From IMG/VR virus record IMGVR_UViG_3300050494_000042: a stretch of 64,000 bases of DNA; one strand, given 5' to 3'. Positions 55,529 to 64,000 of this stretch are shown piece after piece (position 1 is the first letter of the stretch; every line of letters begins with the position of its first letter). Under the pieces are notes generated by a model, which was not told the origin of the DNA, ran no database searches, and saw only the letters and a list, made by a program, of their open reading frames with translations. The DNA comes from a virus. The translations under genes and the position numbers were made by a program.

Positions 55529-55948
55529 TCACTTTATTTCGGCCAACTCGTCACATTCGGAATTCTTGTCTCTTGGTATCCACTGAACTTCCCATTCTGT
55601 ATCAATCTTCGCCAACAGCTTCCAAGCAGTCTCCCGAAGTGGTTTCAGATGGTCCGCCTTGATCTTCCAGTTGCCCACCAGCGTCTCCAGGACGAGCTTG
55701 GAGTCACCTTCAATGCGAAGGGTGTCAGGTGATGTACAGAGACAGGCAATCCATCGTAGGCCAGCGATGAGGGCTTCGTATTCCGCTGTGTTGTTGGTTT
55801 GGGTGGGTAGTCTGGAGTTACCCCGACCCTTTGCGATGGGGTGATTGTCAAGAGTGTGTAAGGTCCATCCGAATGACGCTCTGGCTTCGGGTGTTCCATT
55901 ACCCAGGCAACCACCATCGAAGCGAAGGATCAGGTTCAGGAGTTTCAT
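55529..55948 (-). CDS. rnhA: Ribonuclease HI
   Basis: FDGG..GN, TNNTAEYEALIAGL, EGDSKLV, WIPRDKN..CDELA. Confidence 0.9.
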   Translation of the reverse strand: MKLLNLILRFDGGCLGNGTPEARASFGWTLHTLDNHPIAKGRGNSRLPTQTNNTAEYEALIAGLRWIACLCTSPDTLRIEGDSKLVLETLVGNWKIKADHLKPLRETAWKLLAKIDTEWEVQWIPRDKNSECDELAEIK

Positions 55949-56759
55949 GATTTACCTTAATTTCCAATCCCTGTACGTACGGGGGGGATTCCCCTGTCAG
56001 CAGCACTATTAGATGGCATCTAAGAGTAACTGTCTGATAGTAGGTGAGCTTACCGGGTGATCTGCTCCAAAGCCCTTTAAATTGCCGTGTCTGGGTTTAG
56101 TAGCGGTGTTTTAGGATCAAAGTCCTTGTGCATTTTGTCACCGGGACGTATCCCCCCATTCGGGATCGACTACCTTCCGTTGCCCGGCATAAACCTTACC
56201 CGAAACTGGGCAGGTTAACCCGCGTTTCCCCATTAATGGACAACCCTTTGACAGGTTCAATCCACCAGTTGTTTCCCCCGGATTTCGGTCCGGGGCAATC
56301 TGGCACTGCGGCTCCGACCTCGCAAAAGCAATAACCTGGCGATCTTTTAAACCAGGTGGCTTCCCCCACGACAACCCTCCTCGCCTTCCGTGAGTGAGCA
56401 CGGTTTCATCAGTCCGGGTAGGCACTGAACTCACGCAGCGGGCGGTTCCGGTTGGACTGGGGCACACTTCCGTTTTGGTTCAGGATGACGTCCGTGAGAC
56501 TCACAACCTGCATCACTCGAAATCTTTTTGGGTACTTTGGATTTGCCTTGCCGAAATGCCGTTTGAAGTGCTATTCTTCAGTTACGGGAGTCCGGTCCGA
56601 TTCACCGACATACCCACTGTCGAAACGGCGTGATGCACCGAATCTGACAGGCTCAGAAGGGAAGGGGCGAAAGCTCTTTCCCTTCTGTGTTTCATAGGTT
56701 ATTCACGCCACGAGCCAGAATCAAGCCTAAAATTCCGCCGCTTCTTCTTCCGCGTCGTT

Positions 56760-57605
56760 CTATTCTCTTGGAAGCACGAACTCGATTCCTGGCCATTCCT
56801 TATTCAAAAGCCGTTTTCTCACCACTTCTTCCAGAATGTCGTGATCCCTGGCTTGCTCCCAGCTTTCACGAGAAACAAGTTCTCGTCTTCGACAACCATC
56901 AAAACGACCGCAATACATCTTGTTTTCAGGGCTGTAGTTGACAACCAGACGAGGAATCGTGGACAGCGTCACCTTCCCGACCGGGTGGGCATCCGTGATC
57001 GCGTCCCCGTTATCTTTCCAGCCGTACTGCCCGTCCCAGGGACAGTGAACTTCCGAAATCAGCCCACGGTGGAAGAGAACACCCATGTTGGGCACGAAGG
57101 GCAGCGTGCCGGAATTGATGCAGTATCCTGCTAGAGCAGGAAAACTCCAAGAAATCCAGTTGCGTTCGTAATCCTTGACTTTTCCGGACATGAGCGTGGA
57201 CTGGCCCAGCAGAATCGCGTTAGCGTGCATTCGGTCTTGTTCAGCATTCGCACAGGGATTGCAGAAGCCACAATTCCCACGGAATACTTTGTCTACAGGC
57301 GAATTTCCGTGGAATTCGTCGTAAATCGTCTCGTATCGTGGATTCCGGCACAGGAACCCCTTCGCAATCTTCACCTGAAGTCGAACGAACGTGGCCCAGT
57401 TTTCCTGCCCGTCACGCTCCAGAGCATCTGCGAACTGCTCCCGCCGTTCATCCGACGTCGGAGACGCCAACACACGCTGTCGGGCGGCATCCAGGGGCTT
57501 CTCTTGGTCGTCCAAGAAATCCGCGTAGATACCCCGACAGGCACGCTGTTCCTCAGCCGTGGTCAGGGAACGAATCTTGGTCAGGAAGTCGGTGGAAGAC
57601 GTCAT
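56760..57605 (-). CDS. Tandem TIGR02996-like domain protein
   Basis: YADFLDDQ and FADALERDG, HRGLI, WPGIEF. Confidence 0.7.
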   Translation of the reverse strand: MTSSTDFLTKIRSLTTAEEQRACRGIYADFLDDQEKPLDAARQRVLASPTSDERREQFADALERDGQENWATFVRLQVKIAKGFLCRNPRYETIYDEFHGNSPVDKVFRGNCGFCNPCANAEQDRMHANAILLGQSTLMSGKVKDYERNWISWSFPALAGYCINSGTLPFVPNMGVLFHRGLISEVHCPWDGQYGWKDNGDAITDAHPVGKVTLSTIPRLVVNYSPENKMYCGRFDGCRRRELVSRESWEQARDHDILEEVVRKRLLNKEWPGIEFVLPRE

Positions 57606-57808
57606 TAATCGGCCTCCACCACGACTGTTCCACTCTCTTCGTCACTCAAAAAGTAAATGGAAATTTCCTGACCATTGGCGAAGTGGAGAACAACTTCATC
57701 AGAAGTCTCTACACAAGAGTGTTCGTCTTTGCGGTGCTCCACGTCAATAAGTTCCGATCCACCGCACAGTTCCATGATCTGCTTTCGATCCACGATAATC
57801 TTCGTCAT
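57605..57808 (-). CDS. Hypothetical protein
   Basis: 67-aa coupled ORF. Confidence 0.45.
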   Translation of the reverse strand: MTKIIVDRKQIMELCGGSELIDVEHRKDEHSCVETSDEVVLHFANGQEISIYFLSDEESGTVVVEAD

Positions 57809-57828
57809 GTTAGTTCCCCAATTTACTC

Positions 57829-58707
57829 CTAGCTGAGTATTTCCCTAAGTTCCTGGATTTCCCAGTCCGCCGCGTCTCCCGGATCACCCGTGGAAAGCTC
57901 CACGTTGAGTGTTTCCCCTGGATACACGCTGAGCAAATCTAGCATCCTTTCGGCTGCGATGCGTCCAGGAGCGTCAGGGTCCATTACAATTATTCGTTTG
58001 GGGTACTTGGCGATCCGGCACACCTGAATCTCGCTGAACGCGGTTCCGTAGGTGCAGACACAGCCGGGTCCGACACGCAGAGGACCGAACGGACCTTCAG
58101 TTACCAGAATGACATTCCCGACGAAATCTTCCCCTAGAAGCGTTGCCTTCAAATCCACCGACTGTTCCGAAGGCTCAGCGGACAGGTATCGCAGGGGGGA
58201 GTTTCCGCAGTGTCGGCTTGTCCACGTCACCGGCTTCTTCTTGACGTGGACCGGGATGAAGATCCTCCACGCATGAGTCGATTCCGGTCCGATTCCCTGC
58301 ACTTTCCAGGTGTCCGCCACGGCATCCGGGTCCAGATGTCGCTTCTGAAGGTATTTCCGGTGTACGGGAAGAAGTTCACCTACTCCGGGGGGTGGAGTGT
58401 ACGTTCCTGATGCTTTGGTGTGTTGTGGTTCGTCAAACGTCATCCAGGAGGATATTTGCCCCAGAAGACGCAGGACGTCGCGTAATGGACGTCCTGACGC
58501 AGCAGAAAGGGTCTCACCAATCTTTAATTTTCCACAGACGAAGCAGGACACGCCGAAGGATCGGAGGTTGATCCCACAGCGGAATCGGTTGGAATTGGGG
58601 GAGCATAGAGGGCAGTCCAGACCGCACCATCCAAGACGAACGTGGTGGTGCGATTCCGGTTCCCGATATTCGATGGAGAGTTCACGAAGAAGGTCGAAAA
58701 TGGTCAT
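57829..58707 (-). CDS. DNA primase (zinc finger plus Toprim)
   Basis: CPLC..CFVC, RYLS, VTEG, DPDAPG. Confidence 0.8.
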   Translation of the reverse strand: MTIFDLLRELSIEYREPESHHHVRLGWCGLDCPLCSPNSNRFRCGINLRSFGVSCFVCGKLKIGETLSAASGRPLRDVLRLLGQISSWMTFDEPQHTKASGTYTPPPGVGELLPVHRKYLQKRHLDPDAVADTWKVQGIGPESTHAWRIFIPVHVKKKPVTWTSRHCGNSPLRYLSAEPSEQSVDLKATLLGEDFVGNVILVTEGPFGPLRVGPGCVCTYGTAFSEIQVCRIAKYPKRIIVMDPDAPGRIAAERMLDLLSVYPGETLNVELSTGDPGDAADWEIQELREILS

Positions 58708-58716
58708 GGAGAAGAC

Positions 58717-59586
58717 TCAGCAGAATGAACACCCATCGTATCGGTCTTCAGGTTCTTCAAAAGGGATGACGCCATCGGCCAGCAGGTCGGCCCACACGTC
58801 CGCTTCACTTCGGTGTTTGTTCGGTTCGACCGGAGTTTGTCGCACTCCATGACGGGTATCAGTGGTTCGCAACCATCCTACTTCTGTCGGATTGTAATGA
58901 GGATTGCTGGGAACTGCGTCCGTAACACAGACTTCCATTACGTCTGGGTGATGTTGAATGACAGAAAGTAGCCAATCCGACGGCACTTTTCCTGTATAGA
59001 CCTTCCCTCTTCCGTGGCATATCTCACAGTCACTTTTTGCACCCTTTCCCCTTACCAAGCACGAGCAGTTCACTTCGTCTTCCTGAACACACTCCTCCAA
59101 CGTCGCGTAGACTCGTTTCATGCCACGGTGATACTCGACTTTGTGTTTATAACTCCACGACTTCGCTTTTGAACTATATCCTTCGGTTATGGGGATACTC
59201 TGCGTCAGTCCGCCCGCATCGCCAGTTCCGTAACAAGAATGACAGCGAACTGTAAACCCCAAAGAGTCCGTCCGATTGCTCTTGCCACTACCACCACACT
59301 TTTCACACACCGGCCCCTTCCGCCACGTATCGGCGTACTGTTTGAGAATGGCGGATTCACGTCTCTCCAACTCGACGTACTCAGGATTTGGCACCTGAGA
59401 ATACGATTCATCACGGTCAAAAGACTTATATGTGTGTGGCATGAGACACTGAATCTGAATCAATTCCCCTTTCGCCTGTTGTGATTCGTCACCGTGCTCA
59501 AGCAACCAATCCGCTAGCATAAGCCGGGGCATGTCCTCATCCGGGGCGGAATGTATGGCGTTGATCAAAGCGTCGTAGTCACTCAC
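58717..59586 (-). CDS. TIGR02996-domain protein with CxxCxGxG repeats
   Basis: AIHSAPDEDMPRLMLADWLLEHG, CEKCGGSG, CHSCYGTG. Confidence 0.8.
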   Translation of the reverse strand: MSDYDALINAIHSAPDEDMPRLMLADWLLEHGDESQQAKGELIQIQCLMPHTYKSFDRDESYSQVPNPEYVELERRESAILKQYADTWRKGPVCEKCGGSGKSNRTDSLGFTVRCHSCYGTGDAGGLTQSIPITEGYSSKAKSWSYKHKVEYHRGMKRVYATLEECVQEDEVNCSCLVRGKGAKSDCEICHGRGKVYTGKVPSDWLLSVIQHHPDVMEVCVTDAVPSNPHYNPTEVGWLRTTDTRHGVRQTPVEPNKHRSEADVWADLLADGVIPFEEPEDRYDGCSFC

Positions 59587-60554
59587 TTTTGTTCCTCTGT
59601 GATCTTGTACCACAACACAGACTTCAAAGCCTTTGACAGGGCGGTGTTGGCAAGTTCGATAGTCTTGTAGTCAACGTGCGGCAGTTTTTGCCATATGATG
59701 TTAGGTATTCTAGCTTGATCCACCGTCTGATGAGCAGACTCGCCGTACCAAGAGAATCCGTGCCGTGATTCCGCTGGCACCCGATCCACCGGCATCACAC
59801 CCGTGAGCGTGGGGCTGAAGTTGGCGTGCAGGTAGCGGGCGTAGTCAGTAAGTTGCCAGTGCTGCCCTGTTCGATCTTCCCCATCGCCGTTACATCGAAG
59901 ATTGAAATCGCCACCGTGCCCATGCTGAGAGCACCCCTCGCCTGAACAGTAGCGGCAGTGACTTGGCTCCAGCACGCTCGCAATCGTTGGCACACTGACG
60001 CAAGCCACGTAGCCCGCTCGCCAAGTGCAGGGGGCTTTGCCTGTTCCGGAGCAGTCGGGACAAGGCATTTCTCTGACATGCCCTACCCCGCGCCCTTGAC
60101 CGTTACAGGTGACGCACTTCGGCAACCAATCGGGGTTTGCCGCGATGATGGCGGACTCGCGGTTCGCCCAACCAACCTTCTGCTGGCTACTCGCGCTGCC
60201 CCACAGGGCATTAGCGGCGACTTGGACGCGGATTAGCTCAGCCCGGTCAGCCCGGCTCGTGTCGGGGACGAAGCCTGTACCTTTATTGTTGTCGTCTAGA
60301 ATTCCTCCATTAGTTCGCTTGCCGCCGCAGTTCATGCATGGAACGTGGAAGCAGGAGCCAGGTTGACCGGCTAAAAGCCAACCCAAACCACCACCGTTTT
60401 CTGTCTTGTAGTTTGGTGCACACTTCGGGCACGTCTTATACACGCCCTCACTAGTTTCTTGTAGATGGTCCGCTAACGCCAATCGCAACCCTTCGTCATC
60501 GGGGCTTTCGGCAATGGCACGCATAAAAACGTCATCATCGGTAGTTGTGGTCAT
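59583..60554 (-). CDS. TIGR02996-domain protein with CxxCxGxG repeats
   Basis: FMRAIAESPDDEGLRLALADHLQE, RAELIRVQ, CPDCSGTG. Confidence 0.8.
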   Translation of the reverse strand: MTTTTDDDVFMRAIAESPDDEGLRLALADHLQETSEGVYKTCPKCAPNYKTENGGGLGWLLAGQPGSCFHVPCMNCGGKRTNGGILDDNNKGTGFVPDTSRADRAELIRVQVAANALWGSASSQQKVGWANRESAIIAANPDWLPKCVTCNGQGRGVGHVREMPCPDCSGTGKAPCTWRAGYVACVSVPTIASVLEPSHCRYCSGEGCSQHGHGGDFNLRCNGDGEDRTGQHWQLTDYARYLHANFSPTLTGVMPVDRVPAESRHGFSWYGESAHQTVDQARIPNIIWQKLPHVDYKTIELANTALSKALKSVLWYKITEEQK

Positions 60555-60859
60555 GGTCCACCCATCCTTAGTCTACTCAGGTCGGGTTCTTCGCCACGCA
60601 TCAGTTGCCGTACTTCCCAAGCCGTCAGTGGCTTACCGTAATACACGTCCAGCCAATCGTCACCGACTGGCATTTGAATGTAGCACAGGTCTCCATCTAC
60701 TCGCCGAACGACGAAATAGAGGTTCGGGTATTGCGGCATAGGCACCCACCGCCAGCCCACCTTCGGTTCGGTGTTGGGCGGGAACAGGTGTCGGGGTATC
60801 GGAGCCGCTGTCGCGGGTGACGCGGCGAGTAGCAGGATGAGCAGGGCGGTGAGCTTCAA
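60551..60859 (-). CDS. Hypothetical protein with a signal peptide
   Basis: MKLTALLILLLAASPATA. Confidence 0.55.
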   Translation of the reverse strand: MKLTALLILLLAASPATAAPIPRHLFPPNTEPKVGWRWVPMPQYPNLYFVVRRVDGDLCYIQMPVGDDWLDVYYGKPLTAWEVRQLMRGEEPDLSRLRMGGP

Positions 60860-61050
60860 GACTTCGCCTCCGATTCAGGTTTTCCTTCCTGCAACTCCTC
60901 TCGCCGAAGAACCGCCTGGCAGTGGGGACATCGCCAGAGTTGCCTCGCAAGCCAGAACCGGCCAGCATCTTCGAGACTAACGCCCGACTCCCTTTTGCAT
61001 TCGGGGCAGGTCGCAGTGTAAACGTGTTCCTTCAGAGGATTCCGCATCAC
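60856..61050 (-). CDS. Small zinc-ribbon protein
   Basis: CPEC, CPHC. Confidence 0.45.
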   Translation of the reverse strand: MMRNPLKEHVYTATCPECKRESGVSLEDAGRFWLARQLWRCPHCQAVLRREELQEGKPESEAKS

Positions 61051-61676
61051 TTCGCCTCCGTGAGTTTGGCATAAGACGCGAGAGCGGGACTTAGATCCCT
61101 CGCGTCGAGCATTCCCCAATTGCAATCGATTCGTGGGTTGCCGTCAGTGAGAATCATCCTGGCACGGGTCATCCGCTCGATAGCCTCTGTTAGCTTTGTC
61201 GCCAGTTCACCCGCGACCCGACGCGCCTCAGAGTCGGACTCTTTGATGCGGGAGCAAGAGTCGAAGTTTCCGTCAGCCTGCCTTTTCTCGTCTGCCACGT
61301 CTTGTTTCAGCCGCTGGTTTTCCAATCGGAGTTCAGCAAGTTCATGATGCGCTCTATCGGCCTCAGAAGACTGAGTATTGCATTCATCCACGCACCCGTT
61401 TAACTCAGTCTTCAGCCGGTCGAATTCAGCTTTGGTCTCCGCGAGAAGGGCACGCAAAAAAGCATCCGACTTACTGAGCCGCTCGTTCTCAGCCCGTAAC
61501 TCGTCCACCTCGCTGGGAATCAGCACGCCCCGCTTGCCGTGTTCGGGGCATGTATCGCCGTGATGAGCACTGGACCACTCGCAGGTGCAGGCGAACCCGT
61601 TGCGACCGGACCAGTCCACGCCGACGTCAGGACCACGCATGTCAAACCCGAATGATCGGGCTTCTTGATCTGTCAT
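61047..61676 (-). CDS. Coiled-coil hypothetical protein
   Basis: Heptad-like repeats; RBS AAGGAG. Confidence 0.55.
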   Translation of the reverse strand: MTDQEARSFGFDMRGPDVGVDWSGRNGFACTCEWSSAHHGDTCPEHGKRGVLIPSEVDELRAENERLSKSDAFLRALLAETKAEFDRLKTELNGCVDECNTQSSEADRAHHELAELRLENQRLKQDVADEKRQADGNFDSCSRIKESDSEARRVAGELATKLTEAIERMTRARMILTDGNPRIDCNWGMLDARDLSPALASYAKLTEAK

Positions 61677-61724
61677 TTCCGCAACTCCTTATAGACAATT
61701 AACATACAATGCAGGTTGTCTCTG

Positions 61725-62015
61725 TTAGATCTCTTTCATAATCATGGCCCTGTCAATCTGCCCCAGAGCCACCAATCGCATGATCTGATACAAGGCTTCA
61801 GTTTCATTCGGAGCGTCAATCACGCCCATCAAAACCACGGGGGGAAGCGGGTATGTAGTAATTCCCCATGTCCACTTGCCATCCTTCAAGCAAATGAATT
61901 TGTGCTGGACGCACACCATCTGACCGTCATCTCCGATATCGACAAACTCTACCTCTGGTGGATTAACGAAGAGCAGGCAACACAGCCGTTCGGTTTCCGC
62001 TTTGAGTTCTTCCAC
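61725..62015 (-). CDS. Hypothetical protein
   Basis: 96-aa ORF. Confidence 0.4.
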   Translation of the reverse strand: MEELKAETERLCCLLFVNPPEVEFVDIGDDGQMVCVQHKFICLKDGKWTWGITTYPLPPVVLMGVIDAPNETEALYQIMRLVALGQIDRAMIMKEI

Positions 62016-62589
62016 GTCACCTTCCCTCCAATACAGGTTCCATCAGTCGATTCAGTTCCGCCTTCAATTCTTCGATCAACTCATCAGCCCTGGCAACCCC
62101 TTCCGGGTCGTGATCGTTGTCACGCCAGTACTCGGCTCGTCGTTGTTCGTTGGACAGTTTCGCGATTTGTTCACTGATAGTGATCATGGGCGTTTGTGCT
62201 CCGTTGTTTACTTCTGCACGCTCTCATAGGGCCACCTGGCAAATCCATCGCATACCCACAGTCCATCCTCAAATTGATAGACTTTTCGTCCAAACTGGTC
62301 TGCCAGACCAGTTTCTTGCCCAATTAACTCCACGCCATCAAACCGAACAAAGGTGATTTTCTTTTTCACTTTCGGTCTCCTTTGGTGTTCTTTCTGGACC
62401 GCTGAATCCTACTCCACTCCGGATGGAATGCAAACGGAAGAATTGCCTTTTAGGAAAATAGACACATCCCTGGTCAAAATTGCCTTTTCGGTAAATTCAT
62501 CGCAACCATTGTTGACGGTACATGGATCGTGTTCCATACTTCCGGTGTCTGAAGAACAAACCCACACAAGACCCGCACCGGAGAATACC

Positions 62590-63576
62590 ATGAAGACGCA
62601 ACGATTCATTGCTATTGGGACTCAAGTGATTGTCAGGAACCACAAGAGCACGCAGGCTGTTGCTCACACCACGAAGACAGAACTGGATGTGACGGCTGAA
62701 CGGAACCTTCAGAATGATGTGGAGTGTCCCCTGACGGGTGAGCAGGTGTGCCGGATCAGCCGTGACGGGTTCGACGTGTTCTTTCCATTGTTCAAGGTAA
62801 GAAGCCGCGTCGTAATCGAAAGTGGTGATGTGGATGAGTCATTGTTGAATGAACAATTGAGCATGTTACAGTACGACGTGCCAGCCCGTGGTCCCAGTGC
62901 CGGATTCTCCCCCTGTGCCCGTCTGTACGGTGTCGCGGTTCCCATGACGGAATCCGTATGGCTGGTGCGGAGTGGAGACGTCCCGTGGAACTTTATCAAC
63001 GAAATGCTCGACATGGGCGTGTCAGTGGACGTGACCAAGCTCGACCCCTCCGAAACGCGGAACAAGGTTGCCCGTGCGTTGCAATTCTTGGAAGACAAGC
63101 TGGCCGAAAAGATTGCCAATGCCGAAGCGTCGATGGAGAGAGCACGTCAGAAGCTGGAACGCTCAGAAGCAGACGGAGTGACAGAAGAAGACGCCCTGGA
63201 AGCCTTCAATCGTCAGGCGGCAGTCATCGAAGCCAGGCTGCGGAAGTGGCTCAAGGATGTGGACACGGGGACCAGTCGATTCGGGATTCACGGCAACGCT
63301 TTCCACCTGAGTCGTCTGGGTGACCGTGCGACGAGTCTTCGGAGTGCAATGAACGAACAGGCACGGGCTTATAGCCGTGCAACGGAAGTTCTGGCTCAGG
63401 TGGGGACGTCGGACGCTGCGGCTCTGGTCACTCTGGCTCAGAATGATCAGCTTCCGGTGGTGGTTCTGGCCGAAGCCCTTCACGATGCGGGACAATCGGA
63501 CATAGCCGAAGCCCTGCAAGCCGCGTTCAACGAAGAGAACGAGTTCAGTCTGGTTGGTTCCGACGACGAAGAGTAA
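62590..63576 (+). CDS. Hypothetical protein, first gene of a plus-strand unit
   Basis: Promoter TTGACG-N17-CATACT and RBS GGAG before ATG 62590. Confidence 0.65.
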   Translation: MKTQRFIAIGTQVIVRNHKSTQAVAHTTKTELDVTAERNLQNDVECPLTGEQVCRISRDGFDVFFPLFKVRSRVVIESGDVDESLLNEQLSMLQYDVPARGPSAGFSPCARLYGVAVPMTESVWLVRSGDVPWNFINEMLDMGVSVDVTKLDPSETRNKVARALQFLEDKLAEKIANAEASMERARQKLERSEADGVTEEDALEAFNRQAAVIEARLRKWLKDVDTGTSRFGIHGNAFHLSRLGDRATSLRSAMNEQARAYSRATEVLAQVGTSDAAALVTLAQNDQLPVVVLAEALHDAGQSDIAEALQAAFNEENEFSLVGSDDEE

Positions 63577-63623
63577 GGATGATTTCCAGGGGAACGGATT
63601 CCCCGCTTTCTTGGAGAAATGAA

Positions 63624-63896
63624 ATGGAACTTGAAATCCGATTGACAGCAGAAGGCACGGTATTCACGGAGAAGTGTCGCCACATGGTTGATTTTCAGGA
63701 ACTGAGTGTGTTCTGTCGTGGGATGCCCCCAATTATCCTGAGTCAGGTGATCCACTACGCCAAAAGCAAAGTGACGTTCGCACGGTACAGACTGTCATTC
63801 GGACCACGCGGCGGTCCCAAGATCGAGCAGTTGGAGAGATTTGACGATGACGAAAAAGAACCGTCTACTCCGAATCCTCTTCTGGAAATCGTATAG
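63624..63896 (+). CDS. Hypothetical protein
   Basis: RBS GGAG before MELEIRLT. Confidence 0.5.
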   Translation: MELEIRLTAEGTVFTEKCRHMVDFQELSVFCRGMPPIILSQVIHYAKSKVTFARYRLSFGPRGGPKIEQLERFDDDEKEPSTPNPLLEIV

Positions 63897-64000
63897 AAAT
63901 TGCACGACGCTCTGGTCGAATACGACGAACACGGAATTGCAACTGGATACCTGAAAAGTCTGAACCAAGCTCGTGAAGTTCTTGGACTACCGTCCTTGAA

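Noticed and set aside
55822-55850. CCC-N8-GGG hairpin with GACAATC inside rnhA
   Set aside because: Lacks the conserved 3' tail and sits in a constrained coding region; probably chance.
60908-60928. Partial repeat-like word in a small zinc-ribbon ORF
   Set aside because: No proper stem and low identity.

Overview
A 64-kb slice of a large tailed-phage genome, almost entirely encoded on the minus strand. It carries head and packaging genes (putative prohead protease/scaffold, portal fusion, large and small terminase, a 1966-aa multi-domain protein) and a T4/SPO1-like replication and recombination module (primase, DnaB-type helicase, split family-A polymerase, clamp, clamp loader, RecA/UvsX, gp32-like SSB, resolvase, RNase H). 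Nucleotide-metabolism genes include dcd and thyX with an intein; there is also tRNA-Arg and a large expansion of TIGR02996-type domains. That domain family is best known from Gemmataceae planctomycetes, so such a host is an inference. The standout is a nuclease-dead Cas12m-like (type V-M) effector at 11021-12925 next to a 7-repeat CRISPR array, plus about 22 solitary or paired copies of the repeat hairpin scattered from 2.8 to 55 kb. These copies are always in the sense orientation of the adjacent gene. They lie just after sigma70-like promoters (including that of cas12m itself), at stop/start junctions, or in frame inside ORFs. This looks like a genome-wide CRISPR-repeat regulon or a set of distributed mini-guides. 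All family assignments are from motifs read by eye; no searches were run.
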